Shown piece by piece: positions 46,480-59,570 of a DNA stretch of 64,000 nt (the stretch's first letter is position 1; each line of letters opens with the position of its first letter). The position numbers were made by a program, and so were the translations under genes. Source of the stretch: Eledone cirrhosa (Eukaryota); contig OZ024745.1 of NCBI GenBank assembly GCA_964016885.1, forward strand, positions 60,388,001-60,452,000, written 5' to 3'. A model generated the notes under the pieces. It saw nothing but the letters and a program-made list of their open reading frames with translations. It ran no database searches and was not told where the DNA came from.

Positions 46480-47118
46480 TTAGGTTTGTTGGTTCACCAC
46501 TGGATAGAATTGGTCATTCCGTATGGTCAATCTCGATGTAATATTATGGAGAGTACTCAACGTAGTGCAGTTCACCCGTCTTCGTTTGTGTAGTTGGTGG
46601 TGCGAGTACGGAGTTAATTATTATAATAAAATAACAGGAGGCTGGACTGGTGTAATCCCTTGAAAGGTTTATTATACTATGATCATTTCAATGACCGGGT
46701 TCCGTATGAATCCGGTGATATCATCAGGTATTCGAAATATAACAAAGGACGACCATCTAGCATCTACTGAGGTAGAAGATGCTAGATGGTCGGTCGTCCT
46801 CTTGTCTATGATTTTCAGCCCCATGGATTTTATCTGTTATATTCCTTTGTTATATTCCAATACCTGATGATATCACCGGATTCATACGGAACCCGGTCAT
46901 TGAAATGATCATAGTATAATAAACCTTTCAAGGATTTACACCAGTCCAGCCTCCTGTTATTTTATTATAATAATTAACTCCGTACTCGCACCACCAACTA
47001 CAAAAACGAAGACGGGTGAGCTGCACTACGTTGAGTACTCTCCATAATATTACATCGAGATTGACCATACGGAATGACCAATTCTATCCAGTGGTGAACC
47101 AACAAACCTAAATAAATA
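46472..47118. mobile_element. Large fold-back element in (TA)n with two complete hammerheads
   Basis: Arms ~46472-46749 / 46843-47118; ATAC-CTGATGA(46864)-ACCGG/CCGGT-GAAA(46902)-TGATCA-TA-GTAT; minus copy 46674-46731. Confidence 0.88.
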
Positions 47119-47673
47119 TATATATATACATATATAGTTATGTAATAAACAACATAAGGCAATTATTTCATTTACCAGTGGTTTCTTAAAAGCAAATAAA
47201 TTTTGCTTTCAATCATTAGAAATAATTGCCTTATGTTGTTTATTACATAACTATTAAGCTCTGTTACCTACATAGAGCACTCTTTTTTCCTGGACTTTTC
47301 CGACGGAATTACTTCATCTATATACATATATATATTTATATATATACATCTGTCTCTCTGTATATCTATCTACCTCTCTATCTATCCATCTACCTCTATC
47401 TATATAATTTATTATAAAGTACCCTTTCTATGTAAACATCCTGTTATTTTTTTAATTAGTTTCCGTGTTTGGCCTGTGGCCATATTGGATCACCGTCTTC
47501 TAAGGATATAGTCGATCATATCGACCCCAGTTCTCGTTCGCTTACTAGTGGGGTGGAACTCATCAAATCGGACCAAGGAAACAATGCCTTTCCATTCGTC
47601 TTTCCTTTGCTGATACTGGCAGAAAAAAAAATATATGCATATATGCATATATAGCATATATATTTATATACAT

Positions 47674-47733
<60 letters not shown>

Positions 47734-48431
47734 GACGGGCTTCCATACAGCTACCATCTACCAAATTTCAATCATATAATACTGGTCAATTCGAGACTAT
47801 AGCAGAAGACATTTGTCCAACGCAGGGGGACTGAACCCAAAGCCAAGTGGTTGCGAACTGAACTCCACACCCATGTTTACCTAAACATACATACACAGGG
47901 ACGATGGAACTGGGGGGGGGGGCATGCCCTCCCTCCCACCCCTAATAATTATATAATTATATTTTTCTCCCCAAACTACCAAAAATCACATCTATTTGTA
48001 TATGCGCTACCATTTATGTACATGTTATGTAGAAACAGATGGGCGAGATGGATATAGATATAGAGAGGGGGAGAGGTTGATGTTTATTGATATAGAGAGA
48101 AGAATTTGAAGAGAGTTCCGTGTAGTAGATATACAGAGGGGGAGAGTTTGGTGCTAATTGATATAGAGGGGGAATTGAGAGATAGTTCCGTGTAGTAGAT
48201 ATAAATTTCTATTTATTTGCCACCAGGGCATCAAAGATTGGGACAAATACAAAGGGGGGAGTTTACATACATTTAAAAAGACGTGTAAAAAAACATATAA
48301 CAAATTAAATTTAACAATCGATGTCCTCACTAGAGAGGGACGTTGACATGGGTTGCACCCACCCCCGAAAAAATGTGCAACCCTCCTCTTCAGGAGCACA
48401 AAGAGCGGTACTCATTCTTCTCCTCTCTCAC

Positions 48432-51400
48432 CTACAGGCTGATATAGAGAGAAGGCCCATTCACTCGGGCCATTCTCGCTACTTTCACCCACCTTTCATA
48501 AAACTTGCTGGGGTAAAGCACCCCTCTCTCCATTCTGATCCTTCTTCAAAAGTGGTACTTGAAAAAAAAGAACCAGTTGTTGGCCGGAGAGAAAGGTGTC
48601 TGACCTCAGCCCTTTCAACCTTGTCCACCATACAACTTCTTTCGCCATGGCTATCACACAGAGGAAAACCGCCTCTTCTTCGTTTTTGAAAGGGGGAGGT
48701 GGTTTGATCGTGACAATGTTCTCAGTGGTCAACCGGATTGGTCCCACCCGCGACAGTAGTCGTTCTACATAGCCCCACAGGTCAGCAACGCCCGGGCAGT
48801 GTACGAATGCGTGCGCGACGGTTTCCTCGTCACGCACGCATCTTGGACAGATCTTCTTCGAGGGGTCCCTACCCGGGCGCCCGTGTCTGTAGAGCTTGTC
48901 CCGAACGGGTAGAGCTCCTCGGTAACATTGCCAAGCCAGGGACTTTTGGAAGTTGTCCATCGGTCCCGGGCCAAACGTCCTACCGAACAGACTGGCCAGT
49001 TCGTCTTCCTCCATGCCCAGAGCCTCTCCGAGAGCGTCGTCGCACTTACTGCGCACCAACCCTCTATAGAATGTTGAGGTTGAGTCTCCACTGATTGCCG
49101 GATCCGCTTGCCAGAGCGTGAGCGCCTGGGCACATTCAATGTGCCAGTCGCCCACTTTTCTCGGTCTTTGCTTGACCCAGGATTGCAGCTCGGTGAGTGA
49201 GACGAGTCTCGGAAAGGCTCGCCTCACAAACAGGGCCCACACCGGCTGACCGGTGAGGAATACCTGGAGGTGCCGTAGCCTTAATGCGTGTCTACGCATC
49301 GCCAGCTACGACATCCCCAGCCCTCCGTTCGAAGGGTGTTGACAGCAGATGGATCTTCTCACCAAAGGAGCCCGCTTCTTCCAAAGAAATCGGAAGAGCG
49401 CGCGCTCCATTTTGGCGAGTGTTTTCTCTGGGCAAGGCACAACGGTCAAGCGGTAGTAGATGACGGACGCTATATAAGCGTTCGCCACCTCCGCTCGACC
49501 TTTCAGGGATAGTTTGCACTCGGCCCACTTCTGGGCGAGTGCAAAGACCTTTCCCGTTACCTCGTCCCAGTTTTTCTCCACCTGGAGGTCCGGTCCGAAC
49601 CAGACCCCGAGCAGCTTCACCGGTCCCTCCGTCCAGCGTCCGACGATGCCGTCGGAGGGCATCGTGTTGCCCCTCCACGTCCCGAGTTGCAAACCGACGG
49701 ACTTGTCCCGGTTCAGCTTGGCTCCTGTGAACCTTTCATATTCCTCCAGTAAGTTGCCGATCTGCCCGATTTCCGAGGCGCACGACACCATTACTGTCAC
49801 GTCATCGGCGTAGGCCGACACCGCTTTCCGCAATCCCGGTTCCAAGGGGATGCCCTGCAACAGCTCCAGCTTCCGCAGTAGTGGCTCGAGAGCCAACACA
49901 TACAGGAGGGAGGAGAGAGGGCATCCCTGTCGAATGGATCGCGTGATTTGGAACGGCTCCGAGAGGTAGCCGTTCACCTTGACCCTCGAGCAGGTGTTGC
50001 TGCTGTGCATTGCAGTAATCCAGCCCCTGAAAACGGGTCCGAAGCCTGCCGCCGCGAGCACCGCATCCAGGTACCGATGGTCAACCCTATCGAACGCCTT
50101 AGATTGATCCAAGTTGATCAGGGCCCCACCAAAGCCGGGTTCGTTCCCTACCCTCTCTACGATGTATCGCATGAGGTGGAGGTTGTCGTGTATGGACCTG
50201 GACGGGATTGCGCATGTCTGCGCTTCTCCCACCAGGTTCCCGACGACAAGCGCCAACCTCTTCGCTAACATCTTGGCCAAAATCTTTAACTCTGTGTTTA
50301 GCAGAGTTATGGGCCTGAAGTTATCTATGTCATCCCCCTTGTTCTCGTCCTTCCTCACCAGCGTGACTACGCCCTTGGTCACAGAACTGGGAATTCTCCC
50401 GTTCTGTTGCCAGTTGCAGTAGACCGCCTCGAGGAGACCGGAGAACAAGCCCGGCATCGCTACATAAAGTTCGTATGGTAGACCATCGAGACCCGGAGAT
50501 TTGCGTTTGCCGCATTGGCTCAGCGCTTCCCCTATTTCAGCAGCCGAAATCGGCCTCTCGCAGGACTTCGCCTCCCCGTCCGAGAGCCGCGCCAGACCGT
50601 CGAGGTATGGACCGAAATCCATGGCCCCACCCGGCCCGCCGCCCCTCCCGAACAGTCGTGCAAAGCGCCGTTGAAAGGCCGCGCTCATCTGCTCAGGTTC
50701 AAGGATCACGCGTCCATCCTGGTCCTTCAAAGACCGAATCGTGGACTTGTTTCCACTTTTTGCCTCTGTCACTCGGGCCCAGCTAACAGCTTTGGCTCCC
50801 TCGTTATCCAGAGCACGTATTTTACTCCTGACAACGCAGCCCTCGTGCTTGGCATCAAAGAACTGGTCTAGGGCCGTTCTTGACGCCAGCACGCCGGCCA
50901 TCTTGCCACTCCTAATCGCCTCTTCTACTCTATTTGTTAATTCCCTTTCAGTTCTATTCCTATCTGATGCTAATTCCCGACTAAAACCTATCGATTCTAT
51001 TCTAATTTCTCTCTTGAGAGAGCCCCACCACCTGTTGTTGACAATTGCCCCCGTCAAACGCTGCTTAACTAGTGTGCTAATCCGCTTACTGTAAGCTTTG
51101 TTTGTCGGTAAAGACAAGTTTAGCTTCCAGTAACCGGGTCCCTGTCTATGAGTTCTATCAAGGTTGACCACTCTGGTCACCAACTTGTGATCCGAATAGT
51201 CAACCATGAACATTCGTGGACAGCTTAATATGTCCCTATCCTTATTTCTAACTAGGAACCTATCTAGGTACGACCTAGATGTTCCGCTGCGATTACTCCA
51301 CGTCCACCGTGGCACAGTCGGAAAATCTAGTCGATATCTATCGGCCAGATCAAATCGGCCGATTAATCGTTTGAGGCTGTTACACCCCCCTCTATCGGGA

Positions 51401-51869
51401 CATGCCCCTACATAGTCCCAACGTGCATCCAGGATACCATTCCAGTCCCCCACTAAAAGCAAGGAGCGAGACGTTCCCAGGAAATTCTCCAGGGGCGTCG
51501 GAAGAAGTCCGGTCGCGGTGTCCCAGATGGGGCATACGCTGCCACCAGCCTGAAAGCTCCACCTTCACCACTGCCGACGTCTAAAACCACCAGTCGACCC
51601 TCCGGGTCCAGGTGTACCTTCTGTGTGGCAAGACCCAGGTATTTTCGCAGCAGAACGACAACCCCACCCCCACCCCTCGGCTGACAGAGAGATGCGTAGA
51701 TCTCAAAGTCGTCGAAGATGGGGGCCAGTTGGCGCTCGCTGCTGATCCTGGACTCGCAAATAACCATTACATCCACTCTGTGCGACCTGAGGTCATTTAA
51801 GAGTTTGCCCTGTTTCCAGGACATCCCCAAGCCGCGTGCATTCACACATCCAACTCTTATATTGGCCAT
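48432..51869 (-). pseudogene. Tx1 ORF2 (endonuclease-RT)
   Basis: MANIRVGCVNARGL, GDWN, YLDRFLV, SDHKLV, YADD, CPRC..HAFVHC; ORF pieces 51453-51869, 49306-51462 and 48496-49299. Confidence 0.93.
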
Positions 51870-51911
51870 GTTGGTGCTGAAGAGTTAAAAAGGAAGAGGA
51901 AAGGAAATTAC

Positions 51912-53953
51912 TTACCTCTTCGTCTCCTGGGGACCAGGCTGCACAATTTCCATGGGGGTGTTGGAAGGGTTGTTTGGTGGGGTGGTGGTTTGTGGTGGGG
52001 TGAGGACATCAGTGTGTGGTGGGATTAGGGTGTTTGGTGGGGTGTGGGTGTCTGGTGTGGGGGTGGGGAAACATCTCAATAGGACGCTGTTATGTGGTTT
52101 GGTGCAGTTGGTCCCCACATGCATTGGATGGTTCTTTTTCAAAGTTACATAGGTTTCCGTTGGGACCCTAATCATCATTAGGTGCGGTTTGTTCGCTGCG
52201 TAGGTGAAAGTGATCCCTTCGGTTTCCACCGAAGGGTTATTTTCTATCGCTTTCATCAACGTTTTATTGTTCTTGTTAATGTATGTATAGAGTTTTTGTT
52301 GTGTTGTGTTTGTTTTTGTTTGTTGTTCTTGTGCGTGTTTGCGTTTTGTAGTACGTGTTATCTTTTAGGGAGGGGTGGTTTTTTTTATTTGTGATGTTTG
52401 TTCTGTTTGTGCTGGTGGTTGTGTGTTTGTGGCATTTTTGTTAATGTGGTGCCTTTTTTTTTCCTTTTCACCTGTTGAAAGGGTTCTCCCTCGTCGTCAC
52501 TGGGTGACGTTGATACGGAGTCCTCTTCCGTGTTGTTGGGGAGGAGTATATTTTGGGGTTTTGTTGTGGTTGCTTTTGTATTTGTTTTAGGTGGGGAGGG
52601 GTTGGGTGGAACAGTGTTTTGTGTTGTTATTTTTCCGTGTTGTTGTGGTTGTTGTTGTTGTGGTGGTGGTGGTGGTGGTGGTGGTGGTGGTGGTGGTGGT
52701 GGTGGTGGTGGTGGTGGTGGTGGTGGTTGTGTTGTTGTGTTCGGGGTTGGCAGAAGAGCCTTTTTTTTTATTCGTTAATTGAGGACAGGCAGCCCTCAGG
52801 TGACCCCTGCTTAAGCAGTGGTAACATGACGGCCGCCTTCCCTCCACTGAAATGTTTATATAAGTTGCCCGTCCAGACGCACGCGTTGTGGGATATTCGC
52901 TATTCGTTCTGGGCTCATTTGCACCAGAACTTCTACGGTGGTCCCACCAAATACACCTCCGGAAGACTTTCCTATTGAAATTATCTTGTCTTCGTCAAAG
53001 TTAATGATTCCACATAGTATCCACCAAATATTTACATTTGGTGTGATACTCATTATTTTTATTCTTTGTGTCCTTTTTCCCCTGTATGTGGGGAAAAAGT
53101 TGAAGCGGGGGGACACAATGGGTGATACCGAGTACTTTTGAGCTGTTGACTGGTTGTTCATTAGCACCGAAATGCTACAGTTTACCTTTTTGTATGAAAG
53201 TTAAGTCCTTCATTGCATCTTTTAGAACCAGCTCAATTTCATTTTGTGATAATTGAGCTGGTTTTCTTATTTCGTTCGATATTGTCCTGAAAACCACAGT
53301 TTTCAGGACAGCCTCTCTACGTAATTCCTGTGGAGAATTGATGCTAAAAGCACCGTTTTCGCCAAAAGTCACGAATTGTTTTGCGTCTTGTAATAGTTGT
53401 TTAGCATTTGTTATGTCTATTGGCGTGTATAGTTCGTTTTTTTTTACAGTCTGTGCGAATGTTGTTTTGGTGTTGTTGTCTTTTTTGTTGCTGCTGTTGT
53501 TGTCACTGTTGGTAATATTGTTCATGTTTTCCTTGGTGTTGCTATTGTTGCAGTTGTTGGTTGTTGTGTTATTGTCATTGTTGTTGTTGTTGGTGCTGGT
53601 ATTATTTACCGGGTTTGGTTTCGTGGTTTCAATATTTTCAACGTTTTTCGATAATTGTTTCTACTTTAGGCACAAGGCCAGCAATTACCCAGTGCATTAC
53701 TGGTACTTTATTTTATCGACCCCGTAAGGATGAAAGGCAAAGTCAACCTCGGTGGGATTTGAACTCAGATCGTAAAGGGACGTAACTATGCTGTAAAGCA
53801 TAGCGTCCGACCCTCTACCGATACTGCCAATCCACCGCCTTTCGATAATGCGAGGGAGGAAGGCTGCAAGCTTTGTACTCCTACCTTCCCTCCACCACTT
53901 TTCTTAGTGGGCGTGGCACTCACGACAGTGTGCGAGGTGGAAATGGCATCCAT
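51912..53953 (-). pseudogene. Tx1 ORF1 (zinc-knuckle RNA-binding protein), SINE-interrupted
   Basis: CYHCLSRGHLRAAC = CX2CX4HX4C. ATG at 53953 is in frame with 53525 once the SINE and one TSD are removed. Confidence 0.85.
53656..53839 (-). mobile_element. Meta-domain SINE inserted in Tx1 ORF1
   Basis: TSD TTTCGATAAT at 53646-53655 / 53840-53849. Confidence 0.92.
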
Positions 53954-54311
53954 TGCTGATACCAAGTCTACACAGTTTTGAGATGAAAATGAAAATTTCG
54001 CCCCAGAAAGGGGCGAAAATTAGTTGACTCAACGTCTGACGGCCTAGGCAAGGGGTTAAACTAAACAATGCTATTAAATTGAGCAATGAACTCACAGTTT
54101 TTTTTACAATAATCCATAAAAATCCGGAGCGAAGTAATTCACGTCTATATCAAGTGGTAATTGATATGGTGAGGGGTTTGAGAGAGTATGTTAGATTTTT
54201 GTCCGAAGAGAACACGTAGGGCAGTTATTATACAGCTGCCTTACGTCTTTGAAATACGTATAACAAAATAAATTGGGATGTACAAATGAAACCGCCTTTC
54301 TTGTTTATTAT

Positions 54312-54351
<40 letters not shown>

Positions 54352-54541
54352 TATATTCAGGTTTAATGAATACATATATAATATATATGATTATGTTTTT
54401 CAATACAAAAAGCTCCATGAACTCAGAACATCTATCATACATCAAGTTTAAACGATATTAATTCTTCTGTCTATATGTACAAAATATTAGTAGTTTCTCC
54501 ATGGATATATATCCTGTTATATATCGTTTAAACTTGTTTGT

Positions 54542-54646
<105 letters not shown>

Positions 54647-54969
54647 TGTGTGTGTGTTTAATGTCTGCTCGAAACAGCTGCTCGCTACATTAGGTATTCA
54701 AAACATACATGTACGCATGTATGTATATAGGTATGTGTGTGTAAATATGTATGTGTGTGTATGTATGCATGTATGTATGTGTGTGTATGTATGTATGTAT
54801 GTATGTATGTATATATGTATGTGTGTATGTATGTATGTATGTATAAATGTATGTATGCATGGACCCGTAACTTTTGGTGGAGTCACAGAGATACCGACGT
54901 GACATAAGCCATCCCTCTCCAGGTTTTAACACAACCGATTTCTTCCAGAGGCACGGGAGAGGAAACAAG

Positions 54970-55172
54970 AAATGGATGTAGAGGAAAAATCAACCCCAGT
55001 ACAAGACTGGTACATTCTTTTAATCGACCTCGAAATGATAACAGGCAACGTTGACTTTGGTGGGATTTAAACTGAGAACTCAGGGAACCAGAACGAATAC
55101 TGCAAAACATTATATCCAACGTTCGAAGCGACTCTGCCAATTCGCCGTCCATATACAGAGAGAGACGCACAG

Positions 55173-55251
<79 letters not shown>

Positions 55252-55640
55252 CACACACACACACATATACATAGACGTACAGGCAGATATTCACACAGAG
55301 ATACACACAGAGATATACACAGAGAAACACTCACACACATACTGCTATTGCCTCTACCCCCCTCTAATAGTTGTTTCTACTTTTGGCACAAGGCCAGCAA
55401 TTTACACAGTACATTACTGGTACTTTATTTTATCGAACCCGTAAGGATGAAAGGAAAAGTTAACCTCGACGGGATTTGAACTCAGACCATAAATGGACGT
55501 AACTATGCTGGAAAGCATGGCGTCCGACCCTCTACGAATACTGCCAATCCACCACCCTTACCCTCTCTAATAGTGGTTTCTTATATAGGCACAAGGCCAG
55601 CAATTTTGGGGGAGGGGAAAGTCGATTAAATCGACCCCAA
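54970..55640 (-). mobile_element. Cluster of Meta-domain SINE copies
   Basis: ~54970-55150, 55370-55557 and 55575-55640. Confidence 0.7.
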
Positions 55641-56263
55641 TTATTTTAAATTTCCCCATTTTGCCTCATTTCTCCCCGTTTTGGGACACTTTTTTTCCAT
55701 GGTACTCCATGGTACAACACCAGTATATTAATGGTACAGTACTTTATATGGCTAAAGTTGGGTGGTTTTTAGAGGTTGGCAGGTCTGGTATTGCTGGTCT
55801 TATCCATGTCAGCCAGGATCGTAAAAGCAATATTCCACAGTATAAAATATATTTTACAATCCAGTCTAAATAACACAAAGTTTGCGAGTAAGAACTATTT
55901 CATAGATGAAAATAAACCAGTTAATGATTTAGGCTGGGGTAGGACGGCACAACAGTAGAAGGAAACGTTCAAAACCACAGTTTGGTCTTCTATACTTAAT
56001 TTTAACGGCGCCATATTATATGTATGTATATGTTATTATTTATTGCCTTCGTCATCCCTCTTAGATAGTCTAAGTATATGCACTTAGACATTTGTGTGTG
56101 TGTGTGTGTATGTGTGTGTGTGTGTGTGTTTGTGTGTGTGTGGGTGGGGGTGGAGGTGAGTGGGTGTGTGTGTGTGTGTGCGTGCACGTTTGAGCGTATA
56201 TATATGCATGTATTTATCTGTATATATATAAGTACATAAATACATACGTATATATACATATAT

Positions 56264-57153
56264 ATGGTGGCTGCCAACTCGTTTTCGAGTACGGCCACTA
56301 CTTTATATCCATGTAGGAGAAAAGTGTGACTTTTTAGTCCAGCCAGCGACTTGAAAACTCTGATACAAACACTACACTTGCGACAATTATTGACACATAG
56401 TGCTGGGCCCATGGTACCATGTGACGACAAGTGCAGAGAGATCTCCAGATATAAAGCAATGCCTGTGCCGTGAAGCTTTTATAGTGAGCAAAGGCACTGC
56501 ACAATATATATACATATATACATACATACATACATACATGGTGGCTGCCAACTCGTTTTCGAATATGGCCACTACTTTATATCCATGTAGGAGAACTCCT
56601 ACCGATGCGCTGAACGAATGTGACTTTAGTCCAGCCAGCGACTTGAAAACTCTGGTACAAACACTACACTTGTCACAATTATTGACCCATAGTGCTAGGC
56701 CCATGGTACCATGTGACGACAAGTGCAGAGAGATCTCCAGATATAAAGCAATGCCTGTGCCGTGAAGCTTTTATAGTGAGCAAAGGCACTGCACAAAGCC
56801 AGTCCCACTCTCTTAACCAAGATGATATTTACCTAAAAGAAGAACAAGTCAACATCATTGGATACCATCAGAGTTGCAGGTGTTATATCAGAGTTTTCCT
56901 TCTCCTAGAATTCTGCCTTGACAAAGGCTAAGGGGTCATCTCTCCCGGTGATTTTGGATGGCCATTGACTCTTAAGAGCTCCTTTGCCCTTTGACAGGTT
57001 TTGTTTTTAGTCCTGCAGGATGTCCAAAGTCACCCTCCTCACCAAGAAACCTTAGTGGGGTTGCCAGTTTAGTCGCCAACGACCCGACCATGGGACAGGT
57101 TGTACTGGAATACATGTTACCAGTAGCACCAAGTGCTACTGGTAACATGTATT
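56264..57153 (-). mobile_element. Two tandem family C elements, the second the longest in the window
   Basis: 56264-56503 partial; 56538-57153 with (GTAT)n tail. Confidence 0.8.
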
Positions 57154-57363
57154 ATGGGGAGAAGAATACTGCATGGTTGCACATGGATTACATGTTATAA
57201 AATGAGTCCCTCATCAGTGATTTGCCAACGATCATTGGTATTTCATCGCATTAAAAATCATATACCTCACGTTGGTGCGACAATAACTAAAATAAGTTAT
57301 TGGGACAATTGAAACGCGTAAAGCGAGTGAGACAAGTAAACAACACAGGGGAAAGCTAACCGA

Positions 57364-57429
<66 letters not shown>

Positions 57430-57505
57430 GTATAGTGGTAGCTATGGTGCTTCCGTAGGCGGTATGCGAAAATTAGCACTCGATATTTATCAGAGTAGAG
57501 TGTAG

Positions 57506-57807
57506 ATATTATAAAGAAAACGAAAAATTAGTGATGCATCTGGACTTAGTTTATTTCGTGTTACAAATGTTTCGCCGGCATGTAGCTCGAGTCATGGTCC
57601 TTGTATGGATCTGGCTGATTCTACTTCTGCGAGTTCTTTCAGACACGTCTGTTATGTCCGGAGCATAACAGACGGGTCTGAAAGAACCCGCAGAAGTAGA
57701 ATCAGCCAAATCCATACAAGGACCATGACTCGAGCTACATGCCGGCGAAACATTTGTAACACGAAATAAACTAAGTCCAGATGCATCATTGATTTTTCGT
57801 TTTCTTG

Positions 57808-57810
<3 letters not shown>
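57506..57810. mobile_element. Near-perfect ~300-bp palindrome adjoining (TA)n with a hammerhead 3' half
   Basis: Apex TCCGGAG at ~57657-57663; GC-GAAA-CATTTG-TA at ~57745-57758. Confidence 0.8.
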
Positions 57811-57883
<73 letters not shown>

Positions 57884-58289
57884 TTTTGGTGTGAGGAATT
57901 AAAAATGTTATCAACAATGTCATAGGAATAATTATATTTTAGTTGTTGTTTTTTAATAATTCATAAGATAACTTTGAAATCTTGAGAACCGACCGGCCAG
58001 TTTTGAACATTTCTCTTGATGCCCTGAATAAAACATATTTAGTTGTAAAAATTGAAAAACTAGAAAGCTTCGCCGTAACTTTTTTGACTAAATATAATAG
58101 TCTAATAATAACTGAGGCACTCCGTCGGTTATGACAATGAGTATTTCAGTTGATCCGATCAACAGAACAAATTAATGTGCAAGTGGATAATCCCCCCCCC
58201 CCTTTTCTTTCTTTCTTTCGCCGCTTATCTTTTTTTCTTTTTTCTTTTTTCATTTCCTTTTTTTTCTTCCTTATTTTCTTCCCTCTAAT

Positions 58290-58500
58290 AATGATTTCAA
58301 CTTTAGGCACAAGGCCAGCAATTTTAGGGAAGGGGAAAGTCGATTAAATCGACCCCTTGTGCGTTATTTGTACTTTTATTTTATCGTCCCCGTAAGGATG
58401 AAAGGTAAAGCTAACCTCGGCGGGATTTGAACTCAGAACGTATAGGGACGTAACTCTATGTCACAATGCATGTTGACCGACGCTCTACTGATACTGCCAC
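58290..58500 (-). mobile_element. Meta-domain SINE
   Basis: Family match. Confidence 0.75.
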
Positions 58501-58779
58501 AATATAACATGTAAGTAAATTTATATAGAAGTATGTACAGAAAAACAAAACGTCTTTTCAAAATGGTGCAGAAAATTATTTCAAAGATAAGAATCATTGT
58601 ACATAATTTGATTATGAGCACATAACTGACTACCAAGTTAAACCGCTGGACATAACATGTGTCCTTTGAAACTCTTTTGTTAGTAATGCATGCGGACGAC
58701 AGTGGAATAAACTGGTGTAAATTTGGGGTATTTCATCTTTTTTTATGAACATAAAACTAATGCCATTTATATTTTATTG

Positions 58780-59570
58780 CTAAAATTGAAACACATCTAA
58801 TGCTGAGAGGAACTGACTTGATACAATTTGTAAACTAGATGTCGCTGTTGTTCGTTTTCTAATACCACCGATTCCATCGCAAACGATTCCTTTGACTTGT
58901 AGCAAAATAATTCCAGACGCATAACATAAATTTACAAACATCTGAAAAGAAGTGAATTTTGTTGATGCTACAAGTAATGTTCTCTTTGATATAGACTCGG
59001 GCATAACGTTCCAAACAAAACAAGCATCATTCACAATAGGAAGCAATGTACATGAATGCTTATTTCAATTGAACTCTTAGATTTTGACTTGCTCAATAAA
59101 ATAGTAATTTTTCCACAAAATCACCAAGGACACTTTTTAAATTCTATTTCAAGAACGATAAGTATTTAGCGTGTGGTTTGGTAATGTAAGAATGAGCTGT
59201 AAGGGTGACTAACTTGTTCACACAGTAGTGCTGTATATGCTGAAGTACATAATGTTTGTGAAATCAAACCTGCTTTATCAGTACTTATCCATTGCTTAAA
59301 TATGATGTCATCTCCTTGGCGTGCTTCATCGCCTTCACTATCACTTATATTTTCAAGTTTATAGTGTAGTTTCAAATATGTCTCTACAACTGCTACTCCA
59401 GGACAAGATGTACAACGATGAATCATACAAATACTATTGTTACGGCCACAAACAATCAGGTCAACCAAGTCAAGGCAAGTTTTGTCCAGATTTGAAGCCT
59501 GCAGCATAAGCTTCAAATTTTGGTGATGGGTACAAACACATACAGAGCGTGTACCAGAGGCTTCTATAAT
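58780..59570 (-). pseudogene. DDE transposase remnant, Sola2-like; SINE at 59570-59697
   Basis: SVCVCTHHQNLKLML..CMIHRCTSCPG..QWISTD..LGDFVENY..KGIVCDGIGG. The superfamily call rests on recalled motifs. Confidence 0.6.

Larger units (their letters stand above)
48204..54160 (-). mobile_element. Near-full-length Tx1-clade LINE (copy 2)
   Basis: 5'UTR, ORF1 with CCHC knuckle, ORF2 APE-RT-Zn finger and 3'UTR homologous to other copies; few frameshifts. 5' boundary is approximate. Confidence 0.93.

Noticed and set aside
48152-54190. Similar TAATTGATAT..AGGGG..TTGAGAG on both flanks of Tx1 copy 2 as a TSD
   Set aside because: Imperfect and not adjacent to the 3' end.
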